Source: Anthoceros angustus
Lineage: Eukaryota > Plantae > Anthocerotophyta
Assembly: GCA_010909165.1 (NCBI GenBank)
Contig: VJWM01000118.1
Location: 62,001 to 126,000 of the forward strand
Reading direction: 5' to 3'
DNA length: 64,000 nucleotides
The position numbers were made by a program, and so were the translations under genes. Under the pieces are notes generated by a model, which saw only the letters and a program-made list of their open reading frames with translations, searched no databases and was not told where the DNA came from. Shown one piece after another: positions 59,615 to 64,000 of this stretch (positions are counted from its first letter, which is position 1; each line of letters opens with the position of its first letter).

Positions 59615-62370
59615 ATGTGCGCGATTTTGAGTTCCGCTGCAGTGGAGCTTCGATCTCCTGGTTGTGTCTGCAGGTAGGTTGGGTCATTTGCAATGGTCGC
59701 AATTTGATGCGCTGATGCAGTTCTGCTCTGCCAAGGTGTCTGGCAATGAGATTGTACAACTGTGAAGTTTCACTTCCTGCACAGATCGACCTTTGCCGAC
59801 GAGCGCTTGCTCAAATTGTGCCTACATCACATCAATGTGCCTCAACACGATGGTGCAGCAGCGAGCACGCAGCAGGATGATCACCAGGAGGGTGCTACTC
59901 GAGGAGAAATTCCTTCTCCTTCTGAGTCTTCGCTGCAGGCAAGCCCTTCAAACACCATGGCCGAGCTGGTTGCGTCCTGAGAAATTGAGGGGTTCAGGCT
60001 AATTCTTTCGGAGGGGTTTTCGGTTCATTTCCGGATCTCCATTTGAGGCTCCGGATGGTGAAGCTAATTGGTAATTGTCGGCGTCGATAGGTCGAAGCTT
60101 TGAGCTCTCGGACACCTGAGGGAAACAACGAGAATCTGGTTGGGCTTTCTAAACTTCATACAGTGATTAGGTGACTAGTACTTCGATGCGGAATTTGGTT
60201 TGGATGTCCTGTTCTCCTAACGTGTCACCTTTGGATTTGGATCAATCATAGGCCACATCAGGAAACCATGAGGAGAAAACTTTGCCATCAGGTGAAAGTG
60301 AAGCGAATGTCTGGCTATCCCTGCTTCGCTGACCCGTATTCTTTTGCAAGAGGTTGAGCTGACGGATCTGGGGCTTTGCATCAGGAGAAACAATTACATC
60401 CAGGGGAAGGGAAGTCATTTTGCAGGTACAGAGGTCAAGGATCAGATAGAATTACGTCCACATATCTAATTTTCCTGTCAGGAAATGTTGATTGACTTGT
60501 CTGTTGGACAGGGCTTCAACTGGGAGTCTCATACCGAGGATTGGTGGGTGCATCTGTCGGAGGAAATCCCACGGCTTGCCGCTATGGGTTTTACTTCAAT
60601 GTGGCTTCCGCCTAGTTCTGAATCCTTTGCTCCAGAAGGTGGGTTTACAGGGCTTCAAGTCAGCTCCTAAAACTCGTCTGATTCACAGCTTAGTAATCTG
60701 TTACTCCCTTTACATGACTAGGTTACCTCCCTCGAGATTTTTACGCCCTGAACTCAGCATATGGCACTGAAAGCGAGCTGAGGAGTTTGCTGCAGAAAAT
60801 GAAAGAGCATGGTGTTCACGCCATAGCAGACATAGTGATCAATCATCGTATTGGGAGCACACAAGGTGTCGGGGGTATTTACAATAGATATGATGGCATG
60901 TCTTTGCCTTGGGATGAACATGCCGTAACAAGTGACACTGGTGGGCTGGTGGGTTCTCAGAAACATGTTCCATGGTGCTGGAAAGTTTTTCCTTTTGTGA
61001 TATGCCTTATATTCAGGTGTATTTTAATCACCAGGGTAATCCCAGCACCGGGGTGATTTTTGAAGGAGTTCCTAATATCGATCACACTCAGAAGTTTGTT
61101 CGGGATGATCTTGGAGGATGGCTCCGATGGCTAATCAAGGATGTAGGATACGACTCTTTTCGGTTTGACTATGCCAAAGGGTAAGCACCAAATGTGGCTG
61201 TGCATGTGTCTACTGGCACCTCTGAACTTGTCCGTGATTTCCGAGTGGCGGTCAGCAGGTACAGTCCAGGGTATGTGAAGGGGTATATCGAGGCTTCAAA
61301 TCCACAGTTTTCTGTTGGGGAATATTGGGATTCGTGTAGCTATCTTGGCCCGGAGTTTGTACTCGACCCTGATCAAGGTACAGTGTCATTCGGTTGAACA
61401 CTTTCTCCAATGATGTGTCAAACAGGTCTTGCTCTTGCCTCACAACGTGTGACTTATTTTTGCCGCTGACATATATGGTGAAGTGTGACAACGATGACAG
61501 ACAGCCATCGGCAGAGGATTGTTGACTGGATAGATGGCACTGGTGGCCTGGCTTCAGCTTTTGATTTCACGACAAAAGCTATTCTGCAGGTATCAGCAGG
61601 AGTATGGATGTTACGTACTCATGACTTCTGAGGCTAGTTGCTAACTGCTCCAAATTTGTTCAGGAAGCTGTGGCCAAAAAGGAATGGTGGCGACTCCGAG
61701 ACAGTAAGGGCCGCCCATCTGGTGTTTTGGGTATGTGGCCCTCCAGAGCTGTAACATTTGTAGACAACCACGACACAGGCTCCACTCAGGTTATGTGTTT
61801 ACCTCCGTTCAGCTTGGCCCCCCTTGGTCATGTACAAACCACCCTGTTATTCACCTTCACGTCTTTTTTACACAGGCCCACTGGCCATTCCCAAGTGAAC
61901 ATGTTATACAGGTTTGGTCCCCTCCTCCTCTCGAACCGTCTGTTGTAAGGTCAAACAGCCTTCTCAGCCATTGGTCTCTTGTCTTACATCTGCAGGGTTA
62001 CGCCTACATATTAACACATCCAGGACAACCTACTGTTTTCTATGATCACATCTTCCTGTGGGGCGATGAGATCTGCACAGCCATTGGAATTCTGGTACCC
62101 AGCTTTCTATGCCCTCCTTTTCTCCTTCCAAATGTACCTTCCTCGTTTTCACTCACTGTTCCTTCAACACACCGCGTGCAGATCTCTGTTAGAAGACGGT
62201 GTGACATCCATAGCAGATCCCCAGTAGTGATTTACGAGGCAAATGCTGAGGTCTATGCAGCAGCAATAGGAGGTAACCTGTGCATGAAACTGGGGGAGGG
62301 CAGCTGGAGTCCTGGAGCTGAGTGGAAACTAGCAACCTCTGGAGAAAGTTATGCAGTGTGGGAGAAATGA
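59615..62370 (+). CDS. AMY2: Alpha-amylase (GH13), AMY2 type, with an N-terminal extension (5' exons less certain)
   Basis: GREVILQ|[86 protein letters not shown]. Confidence 0.9.
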
Positions 62371-63174
62371 GCACATTGTGTACGTAATACCTTTCGTCTA
62401 TATCTAGTTAAATTATCTTTCCTCGCCTGCTAAAGCATCTTCTGCTTCAAGAGAGCATCCCTTCCTATGTACAGTACATATGTACAAAGAAACGAGGAAG
62501 TCCAAGAGCCTGTACTGCAGTGCTGGATGGTTCGCCCTTGTCATGTTCCTTACAACTAAGGACTGCCTGTCTCCTGATCCCCAACATTCCCCTCCTCACC
62601 AAAAACGTGCGCCGCTCCGTACCTGGTACCCAACCTTTCCTGTCTGTTACGATACGTTTTTTTTCTAAGAAACGGCTCCACTCGGATTCTGCTGAGTGCG
62701 GCGGCTTCTGTGCTATGAGTGGCGCGGTAGAAGGTGCGCGGCTGCTTGTGGCTGTCTGTTTTGTGGGTTCTTGCAAAAAGCTTCTGCATGTTGTCTATGC
62801 TCAGCGTGGAGGAAAGAACGAGGGGATACGAAGCCTTCGCCTTGGAAGCTAAATGCATAGTCTGTTCATGCTTGTTTTGGTTTCTGTCTGGACTTGCAGC
62901 TTCTTTCCCCCTTTGCAGCGTCAGAAGCAAGACGCTGAGGGGCAGAGCTTTTTTCGGATGTTTTCTGACTGAGCTGGCGACTTAACTGGTGCGTAGATCA
63001 TTGTAGGAATCTCCTGATGACTCCGCTGCAATGCTCTCCGTTGTTTTCTGAAGGTAGCATGGAATTAAAACATGCTATGGGGAGCATGAAGAGAGCAAAC
63101 GAAATGCTGCTTTCTTCTCACCTCTGTTCTTCGAGTTGTTGTTTCAGAAGGTGAATCCAAATCGACCTGGCGGC

Positions 63175-64000
63175 ATGGCTGTGGACGTTGTCCGTGCAAG
63201 TTCGGAATGGGTTGCCAGCCATGCATCACATGTTTCCATCAACTCTGAGGGTATGAAGTGTTTTACCGCAAGCAGCAAGTGTGATTTTCCGTGACGGAAG
63301 GCCACTGAAGCGGGAATGGTGGTGTTCATAGGGATTGAGAAGATTGCAGAGCAGATTGGTTATCAAGTTCCCACTGTGAAGTGGGACTTCGAAGGCATCC
63401 ACTATTTTGATGGAGGCCCTCTTACTGCACAATACTTGCTGGTGCTTGATGCTCTCAACTTCTGCTTTTGGCCTGGTACTTCACGCCTACCAGTTTATCG
63501 ATGTAGCAGCTGTGCGAATGCTTTTCATGTTATCCGTAAGGTCATCTGCCTTTTCGTGGTTCCAGATCCAGATTTGCAGTATGACCATCTGGCTGCTGGA
63601 TTAACCAACGCCTTGAAAAAGGACCCCACTGTGTTGGAGGCCGGTGTTCTGCAAACTTACACTGGTAAGCTCGGTGTCAGCCAACTCCATACCATTCGGC
63701 GCGGCTTCCCAGTGTTTTGACAATTGTTCTGCAGGTCCTATGTTGCGAGAGTTGATTCAGTGGCCTCGTCCTCTTCCTTTAGAAGACGAGCGGGCTCGCC
63801 TTTTGAATGAGGTGTGGAGACACTCCTTCTTACTCACCTTTTGCTCGCAATTTCTTTCTTACCTTTTGCTCGCAACGACAATCGCTCACTCTGATGCTAA
63901 TCTGTGACAGCTCGGAGCAGAACTAGAAGTGAGCTTCAACGGCCAAGCAGCTAACCTTGTCGCTGCCGCCAAGCAATCTGCGGTGACACTCGTCCATCTT
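63175..64000 (+). CDS. QNG1: Queuosine salvage protein (QNG1/C9orf64, DUF2419), 5' part only
   Basis: MAVDVVRASSEWVASHASHVSIN|...GPLTAQYLLVLDALNFCFWP|...YDHLAAGL...|PLPLEDERARLLNE|LG...F.GQAANLV. Runs off the window end. Confidence 0.9.

Noticed and set aside
1-64000. tRNA or rRNA genes, and a functional gene cluster
   Set aside because: No tRNA or rRNA recognised by eye (the only tRNA-related match is the retroelement PBS), and the housekeeping genes are functionally unrelated.

Overview
Eukaryotic, gene-dense land-plant nuclear DNA with many short GT-AG and GC-AG introns of about 80-150 nt. Gene density, intron size and base composition suggest a compact bryophyte genome, possibly a hornwort (inference only). 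Recognisable genes, left to right: a partial unknown coiled-coil gene, AUG1/HAUS1, BLISTER, a GYP1/TBC1D22-type RabGAP, bifunctional PANK2, two tandem FIS1 paralogues, a SWIB/MDM2 protein plus a truncated duplicate, an RGS1-like 7TM protein lacking the RGS box, a GNA-type lectin, plastid pyrophosphatase, CPSF30-L, MNS3, RsmH/MraW, UFM1, MFAP1, an AMY2-type alpha-amylase and a partial queuosine salvage protein. Two repeat islands lie at about 3.3-10.2 kb and 36-45.3 kb. They contain a scrambled chromoviral Ty3/gypsy remnant, RLE-type (CRE-like) LINE remnants, a solo LTR, several minisatellites and an unknown gene built from repeated symmetric exons. The most notable observations are: (1) the 7TM-only RGS1 homologue with a coiled-coil tail; (2) the repeated-domain gene in the mobile island; (3) an inverted AUG1 5' duplicate placed as upstream region and uORF of an almost intron-free BLISTER gene; (4) three recent 1-1.8 kb tandem duplications whose copy differences concentrate at CAG/CTG sites. 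All gene models were read by eye and no database searches were run.
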